Origin: an uncultured Pseudomonadota bacterium
GTDB taxonomy: Bacteria > Myxococcota_A > Polyangia > Fen-1088
DNA length: 64,000 nucleotides
Assembly: GCA_963847705.1 (NCBI GenBank)
Contig: CAWKBC010000010.1
Span: forward strand, 1-64,000
Reading direction: 5' to 3'
Under the pieces are notes generated by a model. It was not told the DNA's origin. It made no database searches and was given only the letters and a program-made list of their open reading frames with translations. Each line of letters starts with the position of its first letter. Positions within the stretch are counted from its first letter, which is position 1. Positions 9,313-21,112 of this stretch are shown piece after piece. A program made the position numbers and the translations under genes.

Positions 9313-10611
9313 CTAACCGCCGATCATGTGGAGCGCCAGCGCGAGCAGGCGCTGCGTCTCCTCGTGCGTGGCGGAGAGGTGCAGGTGCACGACGTGCCCT
9401 TCGCGGGTCAGCGTCGCGTGAGAGACCAGGGGAGAAAACCCGCCCAGCAGAACGAGCGGGTTGCTGCTCAGCTTGTGCTGCACCGTCGGCCACTCGGTCT
9501 CCCAGTGCTGCGCCGGCTGGTCGGCGAGGAAGGTCCCCTCGACGTCGAGGGAGACGTCGTCCCCGTCGAGGCCGATGACCGCGCTGACGGCGTTGGGGAC
9601 CTCCATCCCGTAGAGCACCGGCGGCAGCCCCCCCGCGCCGTTCGCCGTCTTGAAGATATCGACCGCGCTCACCATGAGGGCGCCGCCGGGCGGCATCAGC
9701 CCCTCCTCGGCGCCGATGCGCGAGAGCATCGAGGCCCAGTCGATCGCGCCGGGCGCGCCGGCGTCGGCGTGGGCGCTGGCGCCGCCGTCCGGCGCGGCCC
9801 CCGCGTCGGCCTCCGCTGCCGGGAGGCGCGGCGCCATCAACAGCGCGCGGTAGGAGGGCGGCGTGACGATCGCCAGCCCGGGCGCTGCCAGGACGATGAT
9901 CCGATCGTCGCGCGAGGGCGCCGTCCCGGGCGGCAGCCCGCGCCGCGGGTGACGTTCTCCGACCGGGCGCCCGCCTTCGGTGCGCCAGGCGATCACCCGA
10001 TCCGTCGCCTTGGCGCCCCGGCTGAGCGCGGCCCGCAGCCCGCTGTCGTCGAGGTGATGGCGAGCGGCCAGAAACGTCACGCTGGGATCGAGCGGGTGCG
10101 GGGTGGCGATGAGGAGCGCGTCGAACGACTGGAACAGATCGAGCTCCGTCCCTTCCATCAGGTCGCGCCGGTCGGGCAGCCGCGCCAGCAGCGCATCGAC
10201 GGGAGCAACGAAGTCGGTGCCCCGCAGGCGATCGAGACGCAGGAGCACCGTCAGACGCGACCCCTTCGGTCCATACGCCGACAGATCGTTGGTCGGCGCG
10301 GGCGCGTCCGGGTCCTCGAACGGCGAGGCCTGTCCCGCCCGCTCGCGCGGATCGGCCTTCGCGGCCAGCGTCCCCTCGGCGGCGGCGGTCCGCGGCGCGC
10401 GGCGATGGGCGCGACGCGGGGCCTGCCCCGGGCCGTGGCCTGCGGCGGGCCCGCCGAGCGGCAGATCCTTCAGCTCGTCGAGCCGCATGCCGGTGAGCTC
10501 GATGTCGACCCGACCGGTGAACGGACGCGCCCCCAGGCCGAGGCCCATGGCGATCAGCGCCAGGTGAACCAGCACCGACAGCCCGAGAGCTAGGCTCCAC
10601 CGCCGCGACAT
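9313..10611 (-). CDS. Membrane-anchored hypothetical protein
   Basis: N-terminal TM (LSVLVHLALIAMGL), low-complexity linker, globular C-terminal part; TATAAT 8 nt upstream of ATG. Confidence 0.7.
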   Translation of the reverse strand: MSRRWSLALGLSVLVHLALIAMGLGLGARPFTGRVDIELTGMRLDELKDLPLGGPAAGHGPGQAPRRAHRRAPRTAAAEGTLAAKADPRERAGQASPFEDPDAPAPTNDLSAYGPKGSRLTVLLRLDRLRGTDFVAPVDALLARLPDRRDLMEGTELDLFQSFDALLIATPHPLDPSVTFLAARHHLDDSGLRAALSRGAKATDRVIAWRTEGGRPVGERHPRRGLPPGTAPSRDDRIIVLAAPGLAIVTPPSYRALLMAPRLPAAEADAGAAPDGGASAHADAGAPGAIDWASMLSRIGAEEGLMPPGGALMVSAVDIFKTANGAGGLPPVLYGMEVPNAVSAVIGLDGDDVSLDVEGTFLADQPAQHWETEWPTVQHKLSSNPLVLLGGFSPLVSHATLTREGHVVHLHLSATHEETQRLLALALHMIGG

Positions 10612-10736
10612 CCAGGATCATTATACGGGCGCTTGCGATCCCCACGGCTTGCGCGTGTCACGGCTCGCGCGCGACACCGTCGCGCACGGCGCCTGCGCGC
10701 GGCGCGTTTGCGCTACGCTGAGCGCGTGAGCACGGG

Positions 10737-11345
10737 TCAGACGGGAAAGTCGAAGCGGGCGGCGGTGACGGAGGCCGGCGGGGCGATGCCGACGGTGAGG
10801 ACGGCCCCCTCGCGCGGCCACTCCTGGACGATCTCGAGCAGCGCGGCCGCGAGAAACGCGCCGGCCACCCGCGCGGCGGCCTCGTCGCTGGAGGTGGCGT
10901 CGGCGGCGATCAGGCGCCCGCCCGGGCGCAGGAGCGGCATCAGCGCGGCGATCCAGCGCTCCCCCTCGGCGGGCGGCAGCCCGGCCACGTTCTCGACCAC
11001 CAGCGCCGACAGCGTGCCGCGCCCGAACGGGAGCTCGGCCGCCGCCAGCGCCACGTCGAGCGGCCGGGCTTCTTTCTTGGCGCGCCGGTGCGTGCGCAGC
11101 GCTTGGGGCCGCAGCTCGCTCTCGACCAGCAGCAGCGTCCGCCCCCCACGCGCGAGCGCCGCGCCCAGCCAGGGGGGACCAAGCACGACCACCGGCGGGC
11201 GCGCCGGGTCGGCCGCGGTCGCGACCTTGGTCGAGACCTCGCTCGAGACCTTGGTGGGGACTTCGCCCGGGATCTGGGTCCAGCGCAGCAACGCCTCCAG
11301 CGTCGGCTGGCTGCCGAGAGGACCCGAGAGCAACGGACCGCGCAT
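10737..11345 (-). CDS. SAM-dependent methyltransferase-like fold protein (degenerate)
   Basis: ELPFGRGTLSALV and LLRPGGRLIAAD resemble class I MTase motifs II/III; glycine-rich motif I is weak. Confidence 0.55.
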   Translation of the reverse strand: MRGPLLSGPLGSQPTLEALLRWTQIPGEVPTKVSSEVSTKVATAADPARPPVVVLGPPWLGAALARGGRTLLLVESELRPQALRTHRRAKKEARPLDVALAAAELPFGRGTLSALVVENVAGLPPAEGERWIAALMPLLRPGGRLIAADATSSDEAAARVAGAFLAAALLEIVQEWPREGAVLTVGIAPPASVTAARFDFPV

Positions 11346-11381
11346 CTGCCGGCGGAAGCTACCACGGCCCTGTGACCGATC

Positions 11382-13493
11382 ATGAGCTTCATCGTGCAGC
11401 TCGACCGCGACGCGCCCGCCGAGAAGATCGGCGGCAAGGCGCGCTCGCTGGTGAAGCTCGCCGCTGCGGGGCTGCCGGTCCCACCGGCCTTCGCGCTCTC
11501 CACCGAGCTCTTCTCGGCTTTGCGCGCGGGCGGACCACCGCTGCCAGCAACGCTGGCGGCTCCCGGCGCGCTGGCGGCGATCGCATCGGCCGCCCGGGCG
11601 CTGCGCGAAGCGCCGTGGCCAGCGGGGTTCGCCGAGACGCTCGCAGGGGCGCTGGCCGCGCTCGACGGCCGAGCTCAGGCCCGGTTCGTGGTCCGCTCGT
11701 CGGCGGCCATCGAGGATCGGCCCGACGCGCTCGGGGCCGGGCTGTTTCTTTCGCGGCTCGATCTTCGAGCGGCCGAGGTCGAGCCGGCGCTGCGCGAGGT
11801 GCTGGCGTCGGCCCTGGCGCCGGGCGTGGTGGCCTACTTTGCACGCCGGAGCCTGTCGTCTGACCGACCCGGCTTCGCGGCGCTGATTCATCCGTTCGTC
11901 ACCGGGGACGCCGCCGGCTCTGCCGCCCTCGATTCCTCGCACGGGGCCCCGGTCATCGACGCGCACCACGGCGACGCGACCCGCGCCCGCGCGCGGATCC
12001 AGGACGCGCTCACGCGATTGACCGTCACGCACGGCCCGGTCGAGATCGAATGGGCGGCGAGCGGCTACCAGGTGACCTTCTTGCAGATGCGTCCCTACCG
12101 GCGCCCCACCCGCGTGCGGCTCGCGGCGGTCGGTCAAAGCGGTTTGCACTTCGGCCTGCACCTCGGGTGGCACTGGGATGCCGCCCACAATCCTCTCCCC
12201 TTGTCGCCCGCGCAGGCCGGGCTGGTGGCGCTGGTCGATCGGGTGTGCGACACGGGGCTGCGCCAGCAGACGCTGCGCGGATATCTCTTCTATTCCCACG
12301 CGCCGCGGCCCGCCGGGACCACCAGGCGCACCGCCACCTCGGTGACCGCGGCGCTGGCCGCGCTGCGGGCGCTGGCCGACGCGCGCCTCCCCCGCGCCGG
12401 GAGCGACGGCTCGGTCTCGCTCGATGAGGCGCTGGACGACTTCGTGGCGATCTACCAGCCTCTCTTCGGCGTGGTCCAACCGGCGGCCCGCGCCGCGCGC
12501 AAGGCGCTGAGCGATTTCTTGCAAGGCCAGGGGCTCGATCCGACGCCGCTCCTTCCGCGACTTCTGGCCGCCGTCCCGTCGGCGGCCCGGGAGCGGGTCG
12601 AGCTGGCCCGGGCGTTCGCGCGGGCCGCCGAGCCCGTCGCGCGGGCGGCCGCGCGCGCCGCCTATCTCGAGCGCTTCGGCGACGAATCGCCCTGCTGGGA
12701 CGTGGCGGTGCCGACCTGGCGCGAGACCTCCGTCGAGCCGGCAGGCAGATTGGCACAATCCCCTGACGAGGACTGGCGGGCCGCCGCCGACTCCGTTGGC
12801 GCCGCCTTGCCCCCCTCGGTACGCCCGGCGTGGAGTGACCTCCTGACCGAAGCGCGCTCGGGGGTGGCCGCCGGCGAGGACGACGATGCCCTCTACGCGC
12901 GGGCGCAGGCGCACGTGCGCCGCGCGCTCCTCCGCGAAGGGGCCCGCCTCGCCGCGCGCGGCCTGCTCGGCGGCGCCGACGAGATCTTCTGGCTCCCGCT
13001 CGATCTGGTCCGCCAGCACGCGCGCGGCGAAGCGCGAGCTGAAACGACGCTCACCCGCGCGGAGGCCACCCGGCTGGTCGACGACGCCCGACGCGCCGAC
13101 GCCGACGCGCGCAAGGCGCCCCCGTCGCTCGCCGACGCCGGCCGAGCGGCCGACCTGCCAGGACTCGTCCGTGGACGCTCGGGCGCGGGCGGCGTCTGCA
13201 TCGGCCGCGTCAAGCTCTGGAACGAGGCCGGCGGCGACGCCGCTGGCGGCGCCGAGCGCGGCGTCGAGCCGACCGTGATCGTGGCGAGGACGATCCTTCC
13301 GACCGAGCTGCCGCTCATCGCGGCCGCCGCGCTGGTCGTCGAGACCGGCGGACCGCTCGATCACGTCGCCGCGCAGGCCCGAGAGCGCGGGATCCCTGCC
13401 GTGGTCGGCGCGCCCGGCGCACTGGCGGCCTTCGCCGAGGGCGATCGCGTCCTCGTCGACGGCGACGCCGGGCTGGTGGCGCGCGTCGATTAG
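11382..13493 (+). CDS. PEP-utilizing enzyme family protein (ATP-grasp + middle domain + phospho-His swivel)
   Basis: IGGKA, VVRSSAAIED, IEWA..FLQMRP; C-terminal VVETGGPLDHVAAQARERGIPAVVG, VLVDG. Confidence 0.85.
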   Translation: MSFIVQLDRDAPAEKIGGKARSLVKLAAAGLPVPPAFALSTELFSALRAGGPPLPATLAAPGALAAIASAARALREAPWPAGFAETLAGALAALDGRAQARFVVRSSAAIEDRPDALGAGLFLSRLDLRAAEVEPALREVLASALAPGVVAYFARRSLSSDRPGFAALIHPFVTGDAAGSAALDSSHGAPVIDAHHGDATRARARIQDALTRLTVTHGPVEIEWAASGYQVTFLQMRPYRRPTRVRLAAVGQSGLHFGLHLGWHWDAAHNPLPLSPAQAGLVALVDRVCDTGLRQQTLRGYLFYSHAPRPAGTTRRTATSVTAALAALRALADARLPRAGSDGSVSLDEALDDFVAIYQPLFGVVQPAARAARKALSDFLQGQGLDPTPLLPRLLAAVPSAARERVELARAFARAAEPVARAAARAAYLERFGDESPCWDVAVPTWRETSVEPAGRLAQSPDEDWRAAADSVGAALPPSVRPAWSDLLTEARSGVAAGEDDDALYARAQAHVRRALLREGARLAARGLLGGADEIFWLPLDLVRQHARGEARAETTLTRAEATRLVDDARRADADARKAPPSLADAGRAADLPGLVRGRSGAGGVCIGRVKLWNEAGGDAAGGAERGVEPTVIVARTILPTELPLIAAAALVVETGGPLDHVAAQARERGIPAVVGAPGALAAFAEGDRVLVDGDAGLVARVD

Positions 13494-13536
13494 GATAAGG
13501 ACCGGTCAGCGATCGTCGGCGGACGTCGATTGACCT

Positions 13537-14532
13537 TCAACGCTCTTCGGTCTCGCCGTCGTCGGCGAGGTACTCGAGGATCACCTCGTCGAGACTCTTG
13601 TCGCTGACCAGACCGCCGGAGAACGCCTCGCCGCTGGCGGGCGCGGGCGGATCCCAGGGCATCCGGATCTTGCCGGAGCTGCCAGAGACCGGCGCCTCGG
13701 CGATCGGCTGGGCGCCGGCGGGGACCGCGACCGGCTGAGACATCCGCGTCGGCCCGGGGGTCTCCCAGGGCATCCGGATCTCGCGCGACGAGGCCAGCGG
13801 CTGCGACTGGCCGTCCGCCGCGCGCGCCCGGTTGCCCGCCACGAATCCGCCGCCGTCCCGAACCGCGTAGTGCGCGCCGGCGCGCGGGCGCGTCGGCGGC
13901 GCCGCCGCGGGCGAACCGCCGGGGTTGATCGTCCCTTTGACCTGGGGTTGCCCGGCGCCGACGTTGATCACCACGTTGCGCCGCACCACCACGCCGTCGG
14001 CGGGGTTGGAGACCTGCACCGGCGAGCGCTTGAGCGCCGTCGGCTGGACGACCACCACCGGCTTGGGCGTCATCTTCGGGGGCGTGGGCGGCGGCAGGGC
14101 CTGCCCGACCGAAGCGGGATCGAAGACGAGCGGCTCGGTCGCCATCGGTGGTGCGACCGGATCGATCGGCACGGGTGCCACCGGCACCGGCGCCGCCAGC
14201 TCGACGAGCACCGGTGCCGTCGGGCTCGCCAACATCGCGGGCTCGCCGCGCGCGATGAAGAAGGCGGAGATGCGCGCGTCGTGCTCCTGATGCGTCAGCT
14301 CCCGGATCATCGCCTTGTGGAGCTTCTGCATCGCCGCGCGGACGGAATCCTCCGGCGCCGCGGGATCGTATTCCTCCTTCTTCGAAGAGAGGATCGTCCC
14401 CTGATAGAAGAGATGCGTGTAGACCCGCGCGTACCCCTGCCCCGAGTCCTCCGTCTGGACGTGGAAGGTGCGCCCGCCGTACCGGAGGTTGTGGTTGTAC
14501 CCCAGGACGGGGCTGCGACCGGGCTTCGTCAA
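13537..14532 (-). CDS. Hypothetical protein with GYNHN...FHVQTEDSG N-terminal domain and Pro-rich linker
   Basis: Globular N-terminus, Pro/Ala-rich middle, C-terminal SLDEVILEYL; start TTG 14532 or ATG 14601. Confidence 0.7.
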   Translation of the reverse strand: MTKPGRSPVLGYNHNLRYGGRTFHVQTEDSGQGYARVYTHLFYQGTILSSKKEEYDPAAPEDSVRAAMQKLHKAMIRELTHQEHDARISAFFIARGEPAMLASPTAPVLVELAAPVPVAPVPIDPVAPPMATEPLVFDPASVGQALPPPTPPKMTPKPVVVVQPTALKRSPVQVSNPADGVVVRRNVVINVGAGQPQVKGTINPGGSPAAAPPTRPRAGAHYAVRDGGGFVAGNRARAADGQSQPLASSREIRMPWETPGPTRMSQPVAVPAGAQPIAEAPVSGSSGKIRMPWDPPAPASGEAFSGGLVSDKSLDEVILEYLADDGETEER

Positions 14533-14697
14533 GGGGGGTCTTCGAGTATATCGCTGGGCGTCCAATATTCCTTGAAGATCTCGCGTCTTGCTGGCTTCCA
14601 TCCGCTCTCTTGCCTGGCACGTTCGCCGCCTCTTCGCCGGCTGTGAGGGTCCTGCGGCTGTTGCGCCCCACCCCCTCCGGGGTAAGATTTCGCGCCC

Positions 14698-15294
14698 ATG
14701 ACGCGGCGAGCGACGATCAAGCGCAAGACCTCGGAGACGAACATCGAGCTGACCCTGGCCCTCGACGGCTCGGGCCAGCGGCGGATCGCGACGCCGGTGC
14801 CGTTCTTCAACCACATGCTCGAGGCGGTCGCGCGCCACGGCCTCTACGACCTCGAGGTCAACGCCACCGGCGACGTGGAGGTCGATCCCCACCACCTGGT
14901 GGAGGATGTGGGAATCTGTCTGGGGCAGGCCTTTCGCGAGGCGCTGGGCGATCGGAGCGGCATCTCCCGCTTCGGCGAGGCGACCGTCCCCATGGATGAG
15001 ACGCTGGTGGCGGCCGCCGTCGACTTCAGCGGCCGCGCCGCCTTCGTCTACCGCGCCGACCAGCTCAAGGGGCGGGTGGTGGGGACGTTCGACGTCGAGC
15101 TCGGCCGTGAGTTCTTCGGCGGGTTCGTGGCCGCCGCCCTCTGCAACCTGCACCTCGAGATCCGCTACGGCGAGAACGCCCACCACATGATCGAGGCGCT
15201 GTTCAAGGCGTTCGCCCGCGCCACCTCGGCGGCGGTGCGGATCGATCCGCGGGTGGTCGGCGTGCCGTCGACCAAGGGGACGCTCACCGCGTGA
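14698..15294 (+). CDS. hisB: Imidazoleglycerol-phosphate dehydratase
   Basis: [30 protein letters not shown]. Confidence 0.97.
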   Translation: MTRRATIKRKTSETNIELTLALDGSGQRRIATPVPFFNHMLEAVARHGLYDLEVNATGDVEVDPHHLVEDVGICLGQAFREALGDRSGISRFGEATVPMDETLVAAAVDFSGRAAFVYRADQLKGRVVGTFDVELGREFFGGFVAAALCNLHLEIRYGENAHHMIEALFKAFARATSAAVRIDPRVVGVPSTKGTLTA

Positions 15295-15917
15295 GCAGCG
15301 TGAACGCCGGGAAGATCGTGGTCGCCGATCTCGGCAGCGGCAACCTCCGCAGCGTGGAGAAGGCGTTGACCAGCGTGGGGGCGGAGGCGGTCGTCAGCGC
15401 CGACCCCGACGTTCTGGCGCGGGCCGACAAGCTGGTGGTCCCCGGTCAGGGGGCGTTCGGCGCCTGCGCGGCCGCGCTCGATCAGGGCGGCGGCGCGATC
15501 CGGCAGGGTGTGCTCGCCTTCATCGACAGCGGAAGGCCGTTCTTCGGGATCTGCATCGGCATGCAGCTCCTGTTCGAGCGCAGCGACGAGAACCCCGAGG
15601 CGCTCGGCTTCGGGATCCTCCCCGGTCGGGTCCGGCGCTTCGTCGACCGCCCCGGGCTGAAGATCCCGCACATGGGGTGGAACCAGACGCGGCGCGGCCC
15701 GGCGGCCGGCGCCGGCGTCGCCGAGGGCGCCTTCTTCTACTTCGTGCACAGCTACTTTCCCGATCCCGAGCGGCCCGAGGACGTGGCGCTGACCAGCGAG
15801 CACGGCGCGCCCTTCTGCGCTGCCGTCCGCCGCGGCAACGTCTTCGGCACCCAGTTTCACCCGGAAAAAAGCCAGGCCGCCGGTTTGGCCCTTCTCCGCG
15901 GCTTCGCCTCCGCGTAG
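15291..15917 (+). CDS. hisH: Imidazole glycerol phosphate synthase glutaminase subunit
   Basis: GNLRS, PGQG, GICIGMQ, PHMGWN, YFVHSY, QFHPEKS; GTGA overlap with hisB. Confidence 0.97.
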   Translation: MSSVNAGKIVVADLGSGNLRSVEKALTSVGAEAVVSADPDVLARADKLVVPGQGAFGACAAALDQGGGAIRQGVLAFIDSGRPFFGICIGMQLLFERSDENPEALGFGILPGRVRRFVDRPGLKIPHMGWNQTRRGPAAGAGVAEGAFFYFVHSYFPDPERPEDVALTSEHGAPFCAAVRRGNVFGTQFHPEKSQAAGLALLRGFASA

Positions 15918-15934
15918 AACGTCAGCGCGAAAAC

Positions 15935-16681
15935 ATGCAGGTCTTTCCGGCCATCGATCTACTGGGCGGCGCGGCGGTGCGCCTCGAGCAGGGGCGACGC
16001 GAGAGCGCCAAGATCTACGACCGCGCCCCCTGGGAGGTCGCGGCGCGCTTCGCGGCCGCGGGCGCGACGCGGATTCATGTCGTCGATCTCGACGCCGCCT
16101 TCACGCGCGGCACCGACACCCGCGTCGACAACCGAGCGACGCTGAAGAAGATCGTCGACGCGGCGGGCGTTCCGGTCGAGACCGGCGGCGGCGTGCGGAC
16201 GCTCGACGACTGCGCGCGTCTGTTCGAGCTGGGCGTGGGCTACGTCGTCCTCGGCACCGCGGCGGTGAAGGACCCGGCCATGGTCGAGGCGGCCTGCGCG
16301 CACTGGCCGCAGCGGCTGGTGATCGCCGTCGACGCGCGCGCCGGCAAGATCTCCGTCGAGGGATGGACCGAACAGACCACGGCCGACGCCACCGAGGTCG
16401 GCCTGGCGGTCGCCCGCGCCGGCGCCGGCGCGGTGCTCTACACCGACATCGGACGGGACGGGATGCGCTCGGGACCGAACCTCGAAGCGACGGCGCGGCT
16501 GGCGCGGGCGCTCCACCCCTGCCCGGTGATCGCCTCGGGCGGCGTGTCGCGGCTGGAGGATCTCGACGCGCTGGTCCCGACCGGCGCCACGGCCGTGGTG
16601 GTCGGCAAGGCGCTCTATGAGGGCGTGTTCACGGTCGAGCAGGCGCTGGCCAGGGCTCGCATCCTGCCAGGTGGCGCCTAA
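15935..16681 (+). CDS. hisA: ProFAR isomerase
   Basis: [35 protein letters not shown]. Confidence 0.96.
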   Translation: MQVFPAIDLLGGAAVRLEQGRRESAKIYDRAPWEVAARFAAAGATRIHVVDLDAAFTRGTDTRVDNRATLKKIVDAAGVPVETGGGVRTLDDCARLFELGVGYVVLGTAAVKDPAMVEAACAHWPQRLVIAVDARAGKISVEGWTEQTTADATEVGLAVARAGAGAVLYTDIGRDGMRSGPNLEATARLARALHPCPVIASGGVSRLEDLDALVPTGATAVVVGKALYEGVFTVEQALARARILPGGA

Positions 16682-16743
16682 AGTCCGCTGAGCTTTGCCC
16701 GCGGCCTTCGGGCGTGGGAGATTGGGAGGCTCGAGCTTCAAGC

Positions 16744-17552
<809 letters not shown>

Positions 17553-17556
<4 letters not shown>

Positions 17557-18245
17557 CCGACACGACGAAACCCCTCCTCGACGCGGTGACCTTCGACGAA
17601 AGCGGTCTCTGCCCGGTGATCGCCCAGGAGGCGCGCACCGGGATGATCCGCATGGTGGCCTGGGCGAACCGCGAAGCGCTGGCGCTGACCGCGGAAACCC
17701 GGGCGGCGCACTTCTGGAGCCGCTCGCGCAGGGCGCTCTGGCGCAAGGGCGAGAGCTCCGGGCACACGCTGGCGGTGCGCGAGATGCGCATCGACTGCGA
17801 CGGCGACGTGGTCCTCTATCTGGTCGAGGCCGAGGGTCCCTCCTGCCACACCGGCGCGACGTCCTGCTTCTATCGAAAGGCCGGCGACGACGGCACCCTC
17901 GTCGAGGACGACGGTCCGCCCGATCCGCCGGCGCTGGTGCTGGCGCGCGTGGCCGAGGTGATCGCCGAGCGCAAGCGCACCCGCCCCGAGAAGTCGTACG
18001 TCGTATCGCTGCTCGACGCCGGGCTGCCCAAGATCAACGGCAAGATCGCCGAGGAGTCGCGCGAGCTCATCGAGGCGCTGCCCGAGAACGACGCGGCGCA
18101 CACCGCGCACGAGGCGGCCGATCTGATCTTCCACACCCTGGTGGGTCTGGAAGCGGCCGGCGTGCCGCTCGACGACGTCTTCGCTCAGCTGCGCAAACGC
18201 TTCGGGATCTCCGGCCTCGACGAAAAAGCGAGCCGCAGGAAATGA
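17553..18245 (+). CDS. hisIE: Bifunctional PR-AMP cyclohydrolase / PR-ATP pyrophosphatase
   Basis: [26 protein letters not shown]; HisE part SY...KIAEE...EAADLIFH. Confidence 0.95.
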
Positions 18246-20322
18246 TCAGTGGATCGTCGTCGGCGCGCGACGCGATCCGGAGCGAGGTTCGACGCAACAT
18301 TCGACTCTTGCTGGGGCCGGGGGGGGCGGCGGCTCACGTTCTCCCCGGCTACGAGGCGCGCGCCGGACAGCTGGCGATGGCCGAACGGATCGCCGACGCC
18401 ATCGACGGTGACGAGCGCCTCCTGGTCGAGGCCGGGACCGGCACCGGCAAGACGCTGGCCTATCTGGTCCCCGCGCTGCTCTCCGGCCGGAAGGTGGTGG
18501 TCAGCACCGGGACCAAGACGCTGCAAGACCAGATCGCCACCGTCGATCTGCCGCGGCTGCGGACCATCTTCGCCGCCGCCGGGATCGGCGACGAGAACCT
18601 CGACTGGGCGGTGATGAAGGGGCTCGGCAACTACGTCTGCCGGCGCCGGCTGGCCGAGCGCGAGCGCCAGCAGAGCCTGGTCGCCGATCCCGCCTTCGAC
18701 CGCCTGCTGGCCTTCGCCGCCTATTCGTCGACCGGCGACCGCGCCGAGCTCGCCGAGCTGGCCGACGAGGCGCCGCTCTGGAACGAGATCGCCGCCACCC
18801 CCGAGACCCGCATCGGCCCCCGCTGCAGCTTCTTCGAGAGCTGCTTCGTGACGTCGATGCGCCGCCGGGCCGCCGCGGCGCCGCTGGTGATCGTCAACCA
18901 CCACCTCTTCTTCGCCGATCTGGCGCTGCGCGCCCGCTGGCCCGAGGCGCAGGTGCTGCCGCCTTACGAGGTGGTCATCTTCGACGAGGCCCACCAGATC
19001 GAGGACGTGGCGACCGAGTTCTTCGGCGTCCACGCCTCGACCCAGCGGCTGTTCGCGCTGGCCCGCGATCTCGGGCGCGAGACCGGCGTGCCGCTCGCCC
19101 GCGCGCAGTCGGCGTCGGGGCGGCTGACGGTGGCAGCCGGGGCGCTGGCCGACGCGCTCCGCAGGCTGGTCCCGGCGCCGCGCGCGGGCGCCGACGAGAC
19201 GCGCGCCCCCTTCCCCGTCGACCTCGGCACCGGCCCGGCGCGCGCCGCCTACCATCAGCTCGACGGGCTGCTCGAGGAGATCGCCGCCTGGCTGGATCCC
19301 GACGGCAGCGCGGTGGCCGAATCGCGGCGCCCGGCGGAGGTGGCGGCGCTGGGCCGGCGCGCCACCGCCGTGCAGACCGATCTGTCGGTGCTGATCGACG
19401 GCCGGGGGCGCGAGCACGTCCGCTGGCTGGGCGCCTCGCCGCGCAACGTCGCCCTCCACGCGTCGCCGGTCGAGGTGGGTCCGCTGCTGGGACGCGCGCT
19501 CGACGCCTGCCCGGGGCCGATCATCCTCACCTCGGCGACGCTGACCGTCGCCGGCTCGTTCGACTACCTGCGCACCCGCGTCGGCCTCGGCGACACCGCC
19601 GCCGAGGCGACCTTTCCCTCGCCGTTCAGCTATGCCCGCCAGGCGCTCCTCTACCTGGCGCCCGATCTCCCGGAGCCGAATCAGGACGGCTTCGCCACCG
19701 CCGCCGCCGCGCGGATGGGGGAGCTCTGCGCCATCACCGGGGGGCGCGCGTTGCTGCTCTTCACCAGCTTCAAGAACCTGCGCGTCGCCGAGGCCCACCT
19801 GCGCGGCAACCCCAACTTTCCCTTTCCGCTCCTGGTCCAGGGGGAGCGCCCGCGAAACTTCCTGCTGGCGGCCCTGCGCTCCCGGATCGGCTCTGTGCTG
19901 CTGGCGACGCAGAGCTTCTGGGAGGGGGTCGACGTTCCGGGCGAGGCGCTGTCGCTGGTGGTGATCGACAAGATCCCCTTCGCCGTCCCCGACGACCCGC
20001 TCACCGCCGCCCGCATCGATCGCATACGCGACGAGGGGGGCGATCCGTTCGGGTCGTACCAGCTGCCGCGCGCGGCGCTGTCGCTCAAGCAGGGGTTCGG
20101 CCGCCTCATTCGCCACCGCGGCGACCACGGCATCGTCGGCATCCTCGACGGTCGGGTCGGGCGCAAGAGCTACGGCGCCACCCTGCGGGCCAGCCTGCCG
20201 CCCGACTGCCCGCGCACCGAATCGCTGGAGGACGTGGCGGCCTTCTGGGCGCGGGTGCGCCCGTCCCCGGCGGCCCCCCTGGCGGCCGCCCCCACGCCGG
20301 GCGCGCCTGGCTCGTCATCGTC

Positions 20323-20326
<4 letters not shown>
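18242..20326 (+). CDS. yoaA: DinG/YoaA-family ATP-dependent DNA helicase
   Basis: EAGTGTGKTLAY, VSTGTKTLQDQ, VNHHLF, FDEAH, TSATL, FWEGVDVPG, QGFGRLIR. Confidence 0.92.
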
Positions 20327-20913
<587 letters not shown>

Positions 20914-21112
20914 GGGGCGCTGGCCGGACCGGCACTAATCCTGGCGGGCAGCTCAAGCGACGCGACGAAGCGCCGATGTAGGTGCCGGTTGCTTGAGCCC
21001 CGGCCTGTCTCGACTCCCGCTCGGTCGGTCCTGACATTGCGTCAGACCCTTCATCACGTGGATCCGACGGGCTCCGAGACTCGTTCAAGGTTCCTTTTCC
21101 AGGAGATTCAGC

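Noticed and set aside
11382-13493. Calling the gene ppsA or rph
   Set aside because: Lacks the PEP-binding barrel of PpsA; rifampin specificity cannot be inferred from the divergent middle domain
14615-14630. TGGCACGTTCGCCGC as a sigma54 promoter for hisB
   Set aside because: The -12 element is poor (CCGC) and a sigma70-like TAAGAT sits next to the hisB start
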